Positions 31,069 to 41,745 of a DNA stretch of 64,000 bases are shown here, in pieces. Where the stretch lies: contig JBBIIG010000002.1 of assembly GCA_037446635.1 (NCBI GenBank), positions 32,001-96,000 of the forward strand. The letters are read 5' to 3'. Below the pieces are notes generated by a model that worked only from the letters and a program-made list of their open reading frames with translations, was not told where the DNA came from and did not search any database. This stretch comes from a bacterium (lineage in GTDB: Bacteria; Zhuqueibacterota; Zhuqueibacteria; Oceanimicrobiales; Oceanimicrobiaceae). How positions within the stretch are numbered: the stretch's first letter is position 1; every line of letters starts with the position of its first letter. The translations under genes and the position numbers were made by a program.

Positions 31069-34000
31069 CTTCTATCCACCAACGAATACACCGTCGGGAT
31101 GATCACCAGCGTCAAAACCGTGGCGCTGATGAGACCGACGATCACCGTGATGGCCATCGGGGTGCGGATTTCCGCGCCGTCGCCGAGGCCCAAAGCCAGA
31201 GGGAGGAGTCCGAGTACAGTGGTGGCGGTGGTCATCATAATCGGGCGCAGCCGTACTTTGCCGGCTTCGATGATCGCCGTCACTTTGTCGAGGCCGCGCT
31301 CACGCAAGCGGTTGATGTAATCCACCAGCACGATGGCGTTGTTCACCACAATTCCGGCAAGAATGATCAGCCCCAAAAACACCATGATGCTGACTGGCAT
31401 CTGAAAGAGGAACAGAAAAAGAATCACCCCAATCAGCGCCAGCGGAATCGAAAAAATAATAATGAAAGGATGGATGATGGATTCGAACTGCGACGCCATC
31501 ACAATGTAAACCAAAAAGATCGCCAGCGCCAGCGCCAATTTCAGGCTGTCGAGGGAGGTCTGCATTTCTTTGTTTTGCCCGCCCATGTTGTAGGTGAAAT
31601 CGTCGGGCATCTCCAGCGTGCGCAAAATTTGAAAAATATCGGCGGTGACGCTGCTCAAATCGCGGCCGCTGATGTTGGCGGAGACGACGGCCGTGCGCTG
31701 CTGGCCGATGCGGCGGATTTCCGCCGGGCCTTCTTTGATTTTTATATCCGCGACCGCCTCCAGCGGAATCGGCACCGGCGCGCCGGGATTGACCACCAGC
31801 CGCCGCAAATGGTCGATGCTCTCGCGGTCCGCTTCCCGCAGCCGCACTAAAATATCGATCTTGCGATCCTGCTCCTTGAATTCCGTGGCCACGTCGCCGC
31901 GCACTTTGTTGCGCACAATCGACGCCACGTCAAAAATGTTGAGATTGTATTTCGCCAGCAGCGGGCGATTGTAATAAATCTGCACCTCCGGGTTGCCGCG
32001 CTGAATGTTGGATTTGACATCGTACACGCCGGGAATATTGTGCATCTCTTCTTCCAACTGGCGGGCGACTTCCTGCAGCTTCTGTAAATTGTAACCGTGA
32101 ATTTCCACCTCCACCGGCGTTTTGAAACTGAAGAGCGTCGGGCGGGAAATTGTCCACTGGAAACCGGAGAAGTTGGCCATCTCGCTGCGGATTTTGCTAA
32201 TCAGTCGTTCTTCCTGCACGATGACGCTGCTGGCGCGTTTAAGGTTCACCGTGAGCTTGGCGGTGTGCTCGCCCTCTTCGCTGCTGGTGTTGGCGGTTTT
32301 GTCGGTGCCGGAGACCGCCGCCACTTTGTTCACGCCCTCCTGCGCCGCCAAAAAATTTTGCATCTGCAAAATGCGCTCGTCGGTTTTTTCAACCGGCGTG
32401 CCCACGGGCAGCGTGATATCGAGATTGAATTCGCCCTGGTGCACTTCGGGAATCAGCTCGCTGCCAAGCCGCGGCGCGACAATCAAAACCGTGAATAAAA
32501 ATAATCCCAATACCGATCCCAACACCAGCCGGCGGTTGTTGAGCGAGTAGCTCAGAAGACGGGGGTAGTACGATTCAATTTTTCCGTACGACCAGTTGAA
32601 TCCTTTTAAAACGAGGCGAGTCGGGCCGGCGAAAATGAGTTTAATTAAATTGAAAACGCCTTTAAAAAACGAGGCGAAGGTCACGTTCAAGAAATGGGCA
32701 ACTCGAAAAATCAGCTCGAGGAAAAATTGAAATACGAATTTAAGAACGTAAAACGCAAAGCCCAAAACCGAAGGAATGGCGCGCAAAAGTTTCCCCGCAA
32801 AATTGGCGTTTTGAAAGCGCGTTTTGATTTTGCGCGCATCTTCAATGAGGGTAGGCAGCGATTGATTGACTAAAAACGTCGGCCAGATTTCTTTGATGAA
32901 GGTGACGCGCCAAAAGTCCGGGTTGCGAGCGAAATTATTTGCCCACTCAGACGGCTTAAATTTCAAAACGCGAATCAATCGCAGCAAACCTAAAATCGGC
33001 AGCAGCGGTAATAAAACTAAAATGATAATTTGTTTGATGAAGGCGATCACCAGCCCCGCAGAAGTTTTAAGAAGATTCAGTATGATGAAGCCGGTGGTTT
33101 GAGCAAATAACACCGCGCCGATTTTAATTTTTTCAAAGAAACTATCGCGATTATCTTCCGCAATCAGCGCATCGATTTTGCTTTCGGTTGAAATTTGCAG
33201 CACGTGTTTTTTCATCACGCTGCCGGCCTGCAGACCCTGAATGAACTTGGAGCTTTCACGGGATTGCAGCATCGGAATCAGAAACAGCGCCACCGCCAGC
33301 GACGCCATCAGCGAGAACACTACCGTCAGCGCCAGGTTGCCGAAGATTTGTCCCGCCACGCCTTCCACAAACACAATTGGGAAAAACACCGCGACGGTCG
33401 TGAGCGTGGAGGCGGTGACCGCGCCGCCCACTTCGCTGACCCCGCGAATGGTGGCTTGAATGAGGTTGTCTCCCTCTTCGCGGCAGCGGGCGATGCTTTC
33501 CAGCACCACGATGGAGTTGTCCACCAACATGCCGATGCCCAACGCCAATCCGCCGAGCGTCATCAGGTTCAAAGTTACGCCCATCATTTTCATGGGCGCG
33601 AAGGTAGCGACGATGGAAATGGGAATGGAAATGCCAACGATGATGGTGGCGGTGAGATTTCGCAGAAAGACGAACAGCACGATCACGGCCAAAACGCCGC
33701 CCAGCATTGCGGTGGATTTAACTTCATTCACCGCGTTTTGAATGAAGACCGACTGATCGGAGAGCAGATCGATTTTGATTCCCTCCGGCAAATTATAAGC
33801 GATGAAGTTGGTCATCTGCCGGCGTCTCATTTCTTCCTGCTGGCCGCCGGGGCCGCCGCGACTTTTGCCGTTCGTGGGCTTCGCTTCTTCTTTCTTCTCC
33901 TTCTTTTCCGCCTCCATTTTGGCGAGATTGGCTACAAAGGCCTGCTGCGCCGCAGTACCAAATACCCGGTCTTTCACCCGCTGCGCGACGGTCACCACAT

Positions 34001-34889
34001 TGGCGTCGGCTTCTTTGTAAACTTCGATTTCCACGCTTTCCTGGCCGTTGATGCGGGTGATGATCTCGCGATCTTTGAACGTGCGCCGTACTTCCGCCAC
34101 GTCGCGGATTTTGATCTCTTTGCCGTTCCAGTTGCCAATCACCACATTGGCGATTTCATCCACCGACTTGAATTCGTTGAGGGTGCGGACGAGATACTCG
34201 GTCTGCCCTTCCTTCAAATTGCCGCCGGCGAGGTTGACGTTCTCCTGTTCGAGGCGGTTGCGCACCTGCTGGATATTGATGCCAATCAACGCGAGTTTGT
34301 GCTCCTGCAGCTCGACGCGGATTTCTTCCTCCAAGCCGCCTTTGATTTTGATGGCCGCCACGCCCTCGACGGTTTCGAGGATGCGCTTAAGTTCTTCGTC
34401 GCCGAGATAGCGCAGATAAATTAGCGACGCCTCTCCGTAGAGTCCCAGCCGCATGATGGGATCGAGGGTGGGATCGTAGCGCAGAATCAACGGGCGTTCG
34501 GCGTCTTCGGGAAGGAACACTTGATCCAACTTTTCGCGCACCTCGGCGGTGGCTTCGTTCATGTCGGTGTCCCAGGTGAATTCCAATTTCACGTCCGACT
34601 GCCCGGCTTTGGAAATGGAGCTGATGCTTACCACTTTGCCCACCACACCTAGCGCCTGTTCAACGGGTCGCGAGATAGTGGTTTCGATTTCCTCCGGCGC
34701 AGTGCCGGGATATTCGGTGCGCACGGTGAGCGACGGGTAAGAGATGTCCGGCATGAGATTGACCGGTAGTTGCTGGTAGGAGATCCACCCGAACACCACC
34801 ACGCCGATGACTACCATCAAAATCGCTACTGGGCGAGTGGTGGTGAATTCAAAGAATTTGCTGGATTGAGTTTTCATTTTTTTGCTCAT
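31062..34889 (-). CDS. RND efflux transporter permease subunit with large insertions
   Basis: RPVAILM, VDNSIVVLES, RLRPIMMT; 1275 aa versus 1052 aa for its paralogue. Confidence 0.93.
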   Translation of the reverse strand: MSKKMKTQSSKFFEFTTTRPVAILMVVIGVVVFGWISYQQLPVNLMPDISYPSLTVRTEYPGTAPEEIETTISRPVEQALGVVGKVVSISSISKAGQSDVKLEFTWDTDMNEATAEVREKLDQVFLPEDAERPLILRYDPTLDPIMRLGLYGEASLIYLRYLGDEELKRILETVEGVAAIKIKGGLEEEIRVELQEHKLALIGINIQQVRNRLEQENVNLAGGNLKEGQTEYLVRTLNEFKSVDEIANVVIGNWNGKEIKIRDVAEVRRTFKDREIITRINGQESVEIEVYKEADANVVTVAQRVKDRVFGTAAQQAFVANLAKMEAEKKEKKEEAKPTNGKSRGGPGGQQEEMRRRQMTNFIAYNLPEGIKIDLLSDQSVFIQNAVNEVKSTAMLGGVLAVIVLFVFLRNLTATIIVGISIPISIVATFAPMKMMGVTLNLMTLGGLALGIGMLVDNSIVVLESIARCREEGDNLIQATIRGVSEVGGAVTASTLTTVAVFFPIVFVEGVAGQIFGNLALTVVFSLMASLAVALFLIPMLQSRESSKFIQGLQAGSVMKKHVLQISTESKIDALIAEDNRDSFFEKIKIGAVLFAQTTGFIILNLLKTSAGLVIAFIKQIIILVLLPLLPILGLLRLIRVLKFKPSEWANNFARNPDFWRVTFIKEIWPTFLVNQSLPTLIEDARKIKTRFQNANFAGKLLRAIPSVLGFAFYVLKFVFQFFLELIFRVAHFLNVTFASFFKGVFNLIKLIFAGPTRLVLKGFNWSYGKIESYYPRLLSYSLNNRRLVLGSVLGLFLFTVLIVAPRLGSELIPEVHQGEFNLDITLPVGTPVEKTDERILQMQNFLAAQEGVNKVAAVSGTDKTANTSSEEGEHTAKLTVNLKRASSVIVQEERLISKIRSEMANFSGFQWTISRPTLFSFKTPVEVEIHGYNLQKLQEVARQLEEEMHNIPGVYDVKSNIQRGNPEVQIYYNRPLLAKYNLNIFDVASIVRNKVRGDVATEFKEQDRKIDILVRLREADRESIDHLRRLVVNPGAPVPIPLEAVADIKIKEGPAEIRRIGQQRTAVVSANISGRDLSSVTADIFQILRTLEMPDDFTYNMGGQNKEMQTSLDSLKLALALAIFLVYIVMASQFESIIHPFIIIFSIPLALIGVILFLFLFQMPVSIMVFLGLIILAGIVVNNAIVLVDYINRLRERGLDKVTAIIEAGKVRLRPIMMTTATTVLGLLPLALGLGDGAEIRTPMAITVIVGLISATVLTLVIIPTVYSLVDRRA

Positions 34890-34897
34890 GATTTTTT

Positions 34898-34952
34898 AAC
34901 CACGAATTTCACGAATTACACTAATTGAAATTGATTCGTGAAATTCGTGGTT
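34898..34952. repeat. 9-mer-based palindrome aaccacgaatttcacgaat...attcgtgaaattcgtggtt
   Basis: 19-bp inverted arms between the MFP and permease genes. Confidence 0.75.
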
Positions 34953-34959
34953 TGATTTT

Positions 34960-36066
34960 TCATCGCTGCGCGACCACCTTCACTTTGGTGCGATCTTTCA
35001 AGCCGGCCTGTCCCACCACAATCACCGGTTCGTTGGGCGCGATGCCGGAACGAACTTCCACTTTTTCGTAATCCTGGAAGCCGGCGTCGAGCGTGATTTT
35101 GTGGGCGAGGCTGTCGCGCACCACAAACACGTGCATGGCTTCGTTTTCATAAACGATGGCGGTCTTGGGAACCAGCACCGCGTTTTCGTGGGTGTCGGTG
35201 ATGATGTGCACGTTTACAAACATGCCGGGGCGCAGCATGTTCTCTTCGTTGCGAATGCCGACGGTGACTTTGAAGGTGCCGCTCTGCGGATCGACAACCG
35301 GACTGACGCGTTTGATCCAACCAGAGAATTGCATCTTCGAGAGATTATCCGAAGTCAGAAACGCCTGCTGGCCTTTGGCAATGCGGCCGATTTCTTTTTC
35401 CGGAATGTGCACGACAGCGATCATTTCTTCGGTGTTGATGACGGTGAACAGTTTATCTGAGGGTTGGATGCGATCGCCCTGGCGCCGCAGCCGCTCGCCG
35501 ATGACGCCCGCAATCGGCGAGGTGATGCTGGTGTAATCGAGATTGAGTTTGGCCTGCTGCCACTGGATGCGTTTGGCCTCGAACTGAAATTTCGCCTGCT
35601 CGAATTCTTCTTTGCTCAGCAGTTGTTTTTCAAACATCGCCTGTGAACGCTCGAAAAGATTTTCCTGCTGCTCGTATTCCACTTTGGCTTTGGCCTCGGC
35701 GAGGGCATATTCGTCGGCCTCCAATTTCATCAGCACCTGATCTTTTTTGACGAAGTCTCCTTCTTCCACGTAAATATCATCCACCAGGCCCTGCACGCGG
35801 GAATAGACGTCGGTCATCTTTTCGGTTTCGAGATTGGAGCTGAGCAAAATATAGGAGGAAATCGTGCCGGTTTTGACGTTGGTGGTTTCCACGGGGATGA
35901 GATCGTTTTCTTTTGAGGGAAGTTTGTCTTTGTCTTTTTTAGTGGTATCGTCTGCGGCGGGGGCATCACCGTTTTTGCCCTGGGCGTCGTTCTTGGTACA
36001 GCCCAATAGCGCCAGCGCCACGGCGACGAGACAGGCCATAGCCAGAATGGTGAGTTTTCGAGCCAT
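34960..36066 (-). CDS. RND periplasmic adaptor (membrane fusion protein), lipoprotein
   Basis: Lipobox LLGC; ITSPIAGVI; LRPGMFV; AGGAG RBS before ATG 36066. Confidence 0.93.
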   Translation of the reverse strand: MARKLTILAMACLVAVALALLGCTKNDAQGKNGDAPAADDTTKKDKDKLPSKENDLIPVETTNVKTGTISSYILLSSNLETEKMTDVYSRVQGLVDDIYVEEGDFVKKDQVLMKLEADEYALAEAKAKVEYEQQENLFERSQAMFEKQLLSKEEFEQAKFQFEAKRIQWQQAKLNLDYTSITSPIAGVIGERLRRQGDRIQPSDKLFTVINTEEMIAVVHIPEKEIGRIAKGQQAFLTSDNLSKMQFSGWIKRVSPVVDPQSGTFKVTVGIRNEENMLRPGMFVNVHIITDTHENAVLVPKTAIVYENEAMHVFVVRDSLAHKITLDAGFQDYEKVEVRSGIAPNEPVIVVGQAGLKDRTKVKVVAQR

Positions 36067-36306
36067 TTTATTCTCCTGAGTAGAATTTTTCAAAAAGTGG
36101 TGATCGGGTGGTTTAGCACTGCCAGTATTACGCTTCAAGTTCAGATGATGTTTCTCATAAAATTAAATTTCTACTTTTGCTTGCCGCTGTTTTTTATTAA
36201 CTCTGTAAAAGTGGGGCCGTGTTGCCTAAAAAATTCTGTTGTAGAAATTAGAAAACCTTTTTATATTGCGCCGCTTTTTAAATCGAGGCGGTAGGGATGT
36301 TTTCAT

Positions 36307-36487
36307 GTCATGCCCGAATGCTTTTGTCGGGCATCCAGTGCGAGAGGCATAGAATCCCCCGCTATAAACGTCAGGCTGCTGCAAATAAAAAACATTGGAC
36401 GCAGATTGCCCAGATGAACGCAGATTTTTCGAATAAGAAATAGCAAAGACCAACATGACAGCTTCACAACCCTTTTGGACTAGCCCT
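36307..36487. repeat. Interrupted copy of the GTCATGCCCG MITE-like element
   Basis: gtcatgcccgaatgcttttgtcgggcatccagt ... atgacagc...cttttggactagccc, with a 9-mer-repeat segment inserted. Confidence 0.6.
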
Positions 36488-36501
36488 CTTACCTAACGCA
36501 A

Positions 36502-37221
36502 ATGTATATTATCTTTTTTTCAGCCATTGCCGCCGCGGCGACCATAGTGGGCGGCAGCATTCCGCTGCTGCACAAGCGGATCACCAAAGATAATCTCACC
36601 CTGCTGATGGCCTTTTCCGCCGGCGTGTTGCTCTCCACGGGACTCAACCATATGGTTGCGGAAAGCTACGCCGAAAGCGGCCGCTGGGCTATGGCGGCAG
36701 TGAGTCTCGGATTTGTGCTGCTCTATGGTTATGAAAAGGCGGCGATGATTCATGCCTGCCGCGAGCAGGATTGCCGCGTCCATCACTTTGGCGGCGCCGC
36801 GCTGGCCGGCATTGGCTTTCACAGCCTGCTCGATGGCTTCGCCATTGCCGTGAGTTTTGAATTGGAAAAAACTCTGGGGATGATCGTCATCGCGGCCGTC
36901 ATTCTTCATCGCTTGCCAACCGGCATTTCCATCGCCGCCATCATGCTGGCTCATCACTACCACGAAAGCAAAGCCTGGGTCATATTGACCATCATCGCCG
37001 GTTTGAACGTGGTGGGCGCGGTGCTGGGCCTGCTCATTCCCTTCAACGAAACCATGTTCTTAAGCCTTGCCGTTGGGCTTTCCGGCGGCACGTTTCTCTA
37101 TATTTCCACCAGCGACCTGTTACCGATGGCCCACGAAAGCCATCACGACTACCGCGTGCCGGCGTTTTTCTTGATTGGATTTTTAGGCGTGCTGGCTGCG
37201 ACTTTTCTCAACGGCGGGTGA
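36502..37221 (+). CDS. ZIP-family metal transporter
   Basis: AFSAGVLL, HSLLDG, ILHRLPTG, GTFLYISTSDLLP. Confidence 0.9.
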   Translation: MYIIFFSAIAAAATIVGGSIPLLHKRITKDNLTLLMAFSAGVLLSTGLNHMVAESYAESGRWAMAAVSLGFVLLYGYEKAAMIHACREQDCRVHHFGGAALAGIGFHSLLDGFAIAVSFELEKTLGMIVIAAVILHRLPTGISIAAIMLAHHYHESKAWVILTIIAGLNVVGAVLGLLIPFNETMFLSLAVGLSGGTFLYISTSDLLPMAHESHHDYRVPAFFLIGFLGVLAATFLNGG

Positions 37222-37296
37222 GCGCGTCCACAGCCTTGTAACAACCAAACCATAATTTCACCGTCAAAAATCCTATCAAAGTAGCCAATAAATTGC

Positions 37297-37325
37297 TTGA
37301 CAAATATAGGTTTGTTTGTTAGATT
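37297..37325 (+). promoter_or_regulatory. Sigma70-type promoter of the TonB receptor
   Basis: TTGACA-17 bp-TAGATT. Confidence 0.6.
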
Positions 37326-37559
37326 GCGTCGAGACTAATCCTTAAAACGTTAAGGATAGGGAAATCCTGCCAGAAGCTGCAAATCAATTCAACTCTGTTA
37401 AGGCTGTTGCGTTTGTCGTCTAACCACAATTCACGATGCGTCTAACATCTTTTCCAAGAAGGAGGTGGTGAATTAGCGTAATTCGCAAAGTTGCTTTATG
37501 TAGAGCTGTTTGGATTTCAGTCCCCTTTGGAGGGAAGAATTAATTAGGAGGCACAAGTT

Positions 37560-40500
37560 ATGTTGAAGAAAACAAGTTTGTTCATTCTGGTATGTTTACT
37601 GTTGCCGGCGGTGGTGCTGGCGCAAGGCGTTACGACGGCATCGCTCAGCGGTACGGTAAAAGATCAGAAGGGTGAGCCGCTGGTGGGCGCCAATGTGGTG
37701 GCGGTGCACCAGGCGAGCGGTTCCACCTTTGGCGCGGCCTCGCGCAGCGACGGCCGGTTTAATATTCCGGGTATGCGAGTCGGGGGTCCCTATACGGTTA
37801 CGGCCAGCTATATTGGTTACAACACCCAAAAACAAGAAAACATTTATCTGAGTTTGGGGCAGAATTTAAAAATTGACTTTGTGCTGCCCGAAGAGGCGGT
37901 CGAGTTGGGTGAAATTGTGACCGTGGCCGAACGCGACGCCATTTTGAGCGCGTCCCGAACCGGCGCTGCCACTTCCGTCAGCACCCAGGCGATTCAAACT
38001 CTCCCTACCATTTCCAGAAGAATTGAAGACTTTGCCCGCTTGACCCCTCAGCTCAATCCATCGGGTTTTGGTTTCTCATTTGCTGGCCAAGACAATCGTC
38101 TGAATAACATTACCGTTGACGGCTCGTATTTTAACAACTCCTTCGGATTGGCGGGCAAGCCTGGCGACCGCACCGGCGTTTCGCCGATTTCTCTGGACGC
38201 CATCGAACAGTTACAAATTAACATTGCTCCTTACGACGTGCGCCAGGGTAATTTTGTGGGGGCCGGGGTCAACACGGTTACTAAAAGCGGCACCAATGAA
38301 ATCTCCGGCTCCGTCTATTACCAGTTCCGAGACGAAAGCTTGGTTGGCACCGAAGCGAAGGACTTCGATGTGGATCCGGGCGAATTTAGCTATAATTTGA
38401 TCGGCGCTCGCCTGGGCGGGCCCCTCATCCCGAACAAACTGTTTTTCTTTGCCAGCTTCGAGGATGACGATTTGACTCAGCCGGGAACCACGTTCAGAGC
38501 CAGAACCTCCGTAGATGAACCCATCGGCGGCAACGTAACCAGAGTATTGGCTTCAGACCTGCAGAATCTCAGCGCCTTTTTGCGGGACAATTTTAACTAC
38601 GAAACTGGAGGGTTTCAAGGTTATGACCACGGGACGCCCTCTACCCGATTTCTGCTGAGGTTCGATTACAACCTGAATGAGCACAACAAGCTGAGCGTGC
38701 GGTACAACCACCTGGATTCAAATACGGATGTGTTAGTTTCCAACTCTTCTTCGCTCGGCTTTGGAACCAGAAGAAGCAATCTCAACGGCTTGAACTTCCA
38801 GAATTCAAATTATATTATTTTGGAAGATATTCGCTCCATCGTTGGCGAGTGGAACTCCATCATTGGCACCAATATGTCCAACAATCTCATTGTTGGCTAT
38901 ACCCACCATGATGAAAGCCGCGACTTCAGGGGCAGCTTCTTCCCCTTTGTAGATATCCTTGAAGGTGGCTCGGTCTATACTTCTTTTGGTTTTGAGCCTT
39001 TCACCCCCAATAACGAATTGCGCTATTGGAGCTTCCAGGTGCAGGATAACTTCACCATCTATAAAGGCAATCATAACCTCACTTTCGGGGTGAGTGCGGA
39101 ACGCTACGAATCCGAAAACGTCTTCTTCCCCGGTTCGCAAAGCGTTTACGTGTATAATTCGCTGGCTGATTTCTTCACCGACGCCAACGACTTTCTCGCC
39201 AACCCCAACCGAACGGTTTCTCCGGTAACCCTGCGGCGTTTCCAGGTGCGGTGGTCAAACATACCCGGCCAGGAAAAGCCGATTCAGCCGCTGAAAGTCT
39301 TCTTCACCGGCGTTTATGCCCAGGACGAGTGGCAGGTCAACAAGAGGTTGCGGTTGACGGCTGGTTTGCGGCTTGACGTCCCCTTCTTCGGCGATACAGG
39401 TTTCCGCAACGCCGTGGCGGATGCGCTTTCCTTCAGAGATGAAGACGGCAATACCGTACAATTTCAGACCGACAAGCTGCCGGATGCGAATATTCTATGG
39501 TCGCCCAGGCTCGGTTTCAATTGGGATGTTACCGGCGATCGCAGCACGCAGGTTCGAGGCGGCTCGGGTATTTTGACCGGTCGCCCGGCTTATGTGTGGA
39601 TTTCCAACCAGATTGGTAATACCGGCGTGCTCACCGGTTTTGAAAGATTGGATAACACCACCGCTCGGCCATTTCACCCAGATCCGGATCATTATAAGCC
39701 AGCTAATGTGACCGGCGACCCGGCCTCCAGCTTTGAATTGGCCTTAACCGACCCGGATTTTAAATTTCCCCAGGTGTGGAGAAGCAACATCGCCGTTGAC
39801 CAACGCCTCCCCTGGTTTGGGCTGATTGGAACGGCCGAATTTCTCTACAACCGCGATGTTAACGGGATCTACTACATCAACGCCAATTTGGCGCCCCCCA
39901 ACACAAGCTTTAACGGCCCCGATAACCGCCCAAGATGGACGACCAGCAACCGGATCAACGCCAACGTTGATAACGCCATCGTTTTGAAAAACCAGAATGA
40001 CGGCTATTCCTGGAACCTGGCGTTCTCGTTAGAGAAACCGTTCAGCAAAGGCTTCTACGGCAAAATCGCCTACGGCTACGGCGAAGCGAAGAATACCATC
40101 GATCCCGGTTCCATTGCGTTTGGTTCCTGGAATAATAACCCCCACCCCGGCGACCCCAACAATCCGGGGGTGGCATTCTCCAGCGTTTCTCAGGGGCACC
40201 GAGTTTTGGCGGCGCTATCCTACCGCAAAGAATACTTCAAGTTCGGCGCCACGACGATTTCATTATTCTGGGAAGGATTCAACCAGGGGAACGCCAGCTA
40301 CACCTTTAGCGGCGACCTGAACGGCGATGGCGGCACCAGCAATGACCTGATTTATATTCATCGGGACATTTCCGAAATGAATTTTGAAGAATTCACCGCC
40401 TCTGGCAGAACGTTCACCGCTGCCGAGCAAGCCGCCGCCTGGAACGCGTTTATTGAGCAAGATGACTATCTACGCGAACACCGGGGTGAATACGCCGAGC

Positions 40501-40826
40501 GCGGCGCCGTTCGACTGCCGATGGTTTTCAGGGCCGACTTAAGCATTGCGCAGGATCTGTTTACCAATATCTTGAATAAACGAAATACCTTGCAGTTCCG
40601 AGTCGATTTTCTGAATGTTGGTAATTTGATCAATAAAGATTGGGGCGTCGGTGAGCGTCTAGTTACCACCCAACCATTAATTGCTCGCGGAGCTGACGCC
40701 AACGGCGTGGCTCTTTACCGGCTGAGAAACTTCGGTAGTGAGTTGATTTCCGAAACCTTCCAACAGACCGCTGGCATCGATGACGTTTTCAGAATTCAGT
40801 TTACATTGAGATATATCTTCAACTGA
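37560..40826 (+). CDS. TonB-dependent receptor (Oar-like, N-terminal carboxypeptidase-regulatory-like domain)
   Basis: Signal peptide; NTVTKSGTN plug motif; YAQDEW; C-terminal LRYIFN; AGGAGG RBS. Confidence 0.93.
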   Translation: MLKKTSLFILVCLLLPAVVLAQGVTTASLSGTVKDQKGEPLVGANVVAVHQASGSTFGAASRSDGRFNIPGMRVGGPYTVTASYIGYNTQKQENIYLSLGQNLKIDFVLPEEAVELGEIVTVAERDAILSASRTGAATSVSTQAIQTLPTISRRIEDFARLTPQLNPSGFGFSFAGQDNRLNNITVDGSYFNNSFGLAGKPGDRTGVSPISLDAIEQLQINIAPYDVRQGNFVGAGVNTVTKSGTNEISGSVYYQFRDESLVGTEAKDFDVDPGEFSYNLIGARLGGPLIPNKLFFFASFEDDDLTQPGTTFRARTSVDEPIGGNVTRVLASDLQNLSAFLRDNFNYETGGFQGYDHGTPSTRFLLRFDYNLNEHNKLSVRYNHLDSNTDVLVSNSSSLGFGTRRSNLNGLNFQNSNYIILEDIRSIVGEWNSIIGTNMSNNLIVGYTHHDESRDFRGSFFPFVDILEGGSVYTSFGFEPFTPNNELRYWSFQVQDNFTIYKGNHNLTFGVSAERYESENVFFPGSQSVYVYNSLADFFTDANDFLANPNRTVSPVTLRRFQVRWSNIPGQEKPIQPLKVFFTGVYAQDEWQVNKRLRLTAGLRLDVPFFGDTGFRNAVADALSFRDEDGNTVQFQTDKLPDANILWSPRLGFNWDVTGDRSTQVRGGSGILTGRPAYVWISNQIGNTGVLTGFERLDNTTARPFHPDPDHYKPANVTGDPASSFELALTDPDFKFPQVWRSNIAVDQRLPWFGLIGTAEFLYNRDVNGIYYINANLAPPNTSFNGPDNRPRWTTSNRINANVDNAIVLKNQNDGYSWNLAFSLEKPFSKGFYGKIAYGYGEAKNTIDPGSIAFGSWNNNPHPGDPNNPGVAFSSVSQGHRVLAALSYRKEYFKFGATTISLFWEGFNQGNASYTFSGDLNGDGGTSNDLIYIHRDISEMNFEEFTASGRTFTAAEQAAAWNAFIEQDDYLREHRGEYAERGAVRLPMVFRADLSIAQDLFTNILNKRNTLQFRVDFLNVGNLINKDWGVGERLVTTQPLIARGADANGVALYRLRNFGSELISETFQQTAGIDDVFRIQFTLRYIFN

Positions 40827-40842
40827 GATCACCAGCAATTTC

Positions 40843-40877
40843 AAAAAGCCGCCTCCCAAAAAGGGGCGGCTTTTTTT
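40843..40877 (+). terminator. Rho-independent terminator (probably bidirectional)
   Basis: aaaaagccgcctcccaaaaaggggcggcttttttt. Confidence 0.85.
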
Positions 40878-40890
40878 ATTGCACTTGATC

Positions 40891-40968
40891 ATTCGAAATT
40901 CAAAATTTCTTGTTCAATATTCGGCAATTCAAAGAAATAACGAATATCGAACAAGGAATGTCGAATGA
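40891..40968. repeat. Heptamer-periodic palindromic element, copy 1
   Basis: 31-bp taacgaatatcgaacaaggaatgtcgaatga identical to 41808-41838; left arm is its degenerate reverse complement. Confidence 0.75.
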
Positions 40969-40978
40969 CGCGACAGAT

Positions 40979-41392
40979 TTATGAAGGAAGAACTTTCTCA
41001 AGTTCTTTCAGAAATGTAAAAACACTGACTATACGCACACCTTGATAGGATTTACGAGGAAAGTGTTTGAGATTCTTTGTAACCAAAAACTCAGCCCGAC
41101 CCTCCAGCGCAGTTTCGAGAAATTTGTCATCGTCAGAATCCTTACAGACTTGCAATGTACCCATTATCGCAACGTGATGTGCAAATGTTTTGAGTTCAGT
41201 CAATAGAATTGCTGCCTCGATTTCCGCGACATTCGGCGCATGTGATAGAACCGCGAAATATTCATCTAAAATTGGATCGGATATTAATACATCGAACTGT
41301 CTTTGTTGCCAATGTTTTCGAATTTTGGCGGGAGCGCCAAATGGATTGAGTAACGCGGCAACAAAAATATTCGTGTCGAGAACGACGATCAT
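40979..41392 (-). CDS. PIN-domain toxin (putative TA toxin)
   Basis: VVLDTNIFVAALL ... CKDSDDDKFLETA ... LVTKNLKHF. Confidence 0.9.
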   Translation of the reverse strand: MIVVLDTNIFVAALLNPFGAPAKIRKHWQQRQFDVLISDPILDEYFAVLSHAPNVAEIEAAILLTELKTFAHHVAIMGTLQVCKDSDDDKFLETALEGRAEFLVTKNLKHFPRKSYQGVRIVSVFTFLKELEKVLPS

Positions 41393-41661
41393 TTGGCGCC
41401 GCTTTTTCGACGCTGCGTTCGGGCTTCACCAATCAACCGGTCGATTTCTTTCGAAGAGAGTCCCCCGGCTTCGATTACCTTTTTTCGTATCTGATCGGCA
41501 ACTTCCCAAAAACGTTCAAAATGATTCTTGCCGCCCAGCAAACGTAGAAATTTCACCGCCTGTTGAAATGTCAAGCTGTCATCTCCTTGAAATATTTCCC
41601 GCGAGATTTTCTTAAATTCTTGGGCGGTTTCTGGTTGCACCTTGATAAGTAACTCTGTCAT
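41389..41661 (-). CDS. Putative antitoxin
   Basis: Small ORF with ATGA overlap to the PIN gene; GAGG RBS; GLSSKEIDRLI tail. Confidence 0.7.
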   Translation of the reverse strand: MTELLIKVQPETAQEFKKISREIFQGDDSLTFQQAVKFLRLLGGKNHFERFWEVADQIRKKVIEAGGLSSKEIDRLIGEARTQRRKSGAK

Positions 41662-41745
41662 AAGGATACCTCTCAAAGAGATTTGAAACGCTCAAATATA
41701 CAGCGTCTTTTCTCTGAGTTGCAAGGAAAAGTTAATCACTTTATA

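Noticed and set aside
37350..37400. Cobalamin riboswitch (AGGGAA motif) before the TonB receptor
   Set aside because: Other conserved elements such as the B12 box were not found
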